64,000 bases of DNA, from contig NMRA01000063.1 of the NCBI GenBank assembly GCA_002633005.1, forward strand, positions 542,427 through 606,426. Reading direction: 5' to 3'. Made by a program: the position numbers and the translations under genes. Under the pieces are notes generated by a model. That model had not been told where the DNA came from. It ran no database searches and saw only the letters and a program-made list of their open reading frames with translations. Position 1 is the first letter of the stretch. Every line of letters begins with the position of its first letter. Shown here piece after piece: positions 63,861 through 64,000 of the stretch. Origin of the DNA: Phoronis australis. Lineage: Eukaryota > Animalia > Phoronida.

Positions 63861-64000
63861 CAGTCTGAGTGAGACCCCATGGACGATGTCACCCTCAGTC
63901 TGAGTGAGACCCCATGGATGGTATCACCCTCAGTCTGAGTCAGACCCTATGAACGGCACAGTCACCCTCAGTCCGAGTCAGCCCCATAGATGGTGTCACC
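63861..64000. repeat. ~34-bp tandem repeat running off the window edge
   Basis: Unit CAGTCTGAGTGAGACCCCATGGACGATGTCACCCT, ~4 copies. Confidence 0.85.

Overview
This is AT-rich, intron-rich eukaryotic DNA from an invertebrate animal; a mollusc or other lophotrochozoan is inferred from the repeat landscape, but the species cannot be determined. Two spliced genes lie tail to tail. On the + strand is the 3' part of ZGRF1 (UPF1-like SF1B helicase domain, 12 coding exons, 1380-28822). On the - strand is a RasGEF1-family gene (RASGEF1A/B/C-like, 12 coding exons, 40243 down to 30190); its start exon was not found. All exons were assembled by hand from GT-AG sites with consistent phases. Introns and the 40-64 kb region hold non-autonomous DNA transposons (four TTAA-flanked Kolobok-type elements, a hAT-like element with a 5-bp TSD, PIF/Harbinger, Merlin-like MITEs, HINE/DINE-1-like elements), a decayed CR1/L2-group LINE, and about 25 local tandem repeats. 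Highlights: (1) in both genes a 56-57 bp tandem duplication straddles a splice acceptor, in frame in ZGRF1 and stop-producing in RasGEF1; (2) HINE elements carry same-orientation CTCF-like motifs about every 140 bp; (3) a Kolobok derivative keeps KolX and THAP remnants, and a 32-bp satellite appears to derive from its THAP sequence; (4) the two genes' candidate poly(A) signals sit together near 29.0 kb. Assembly Ns occur at 21730, 41124 and 57402. No prokaryote-type system such as CRISPR is supported.
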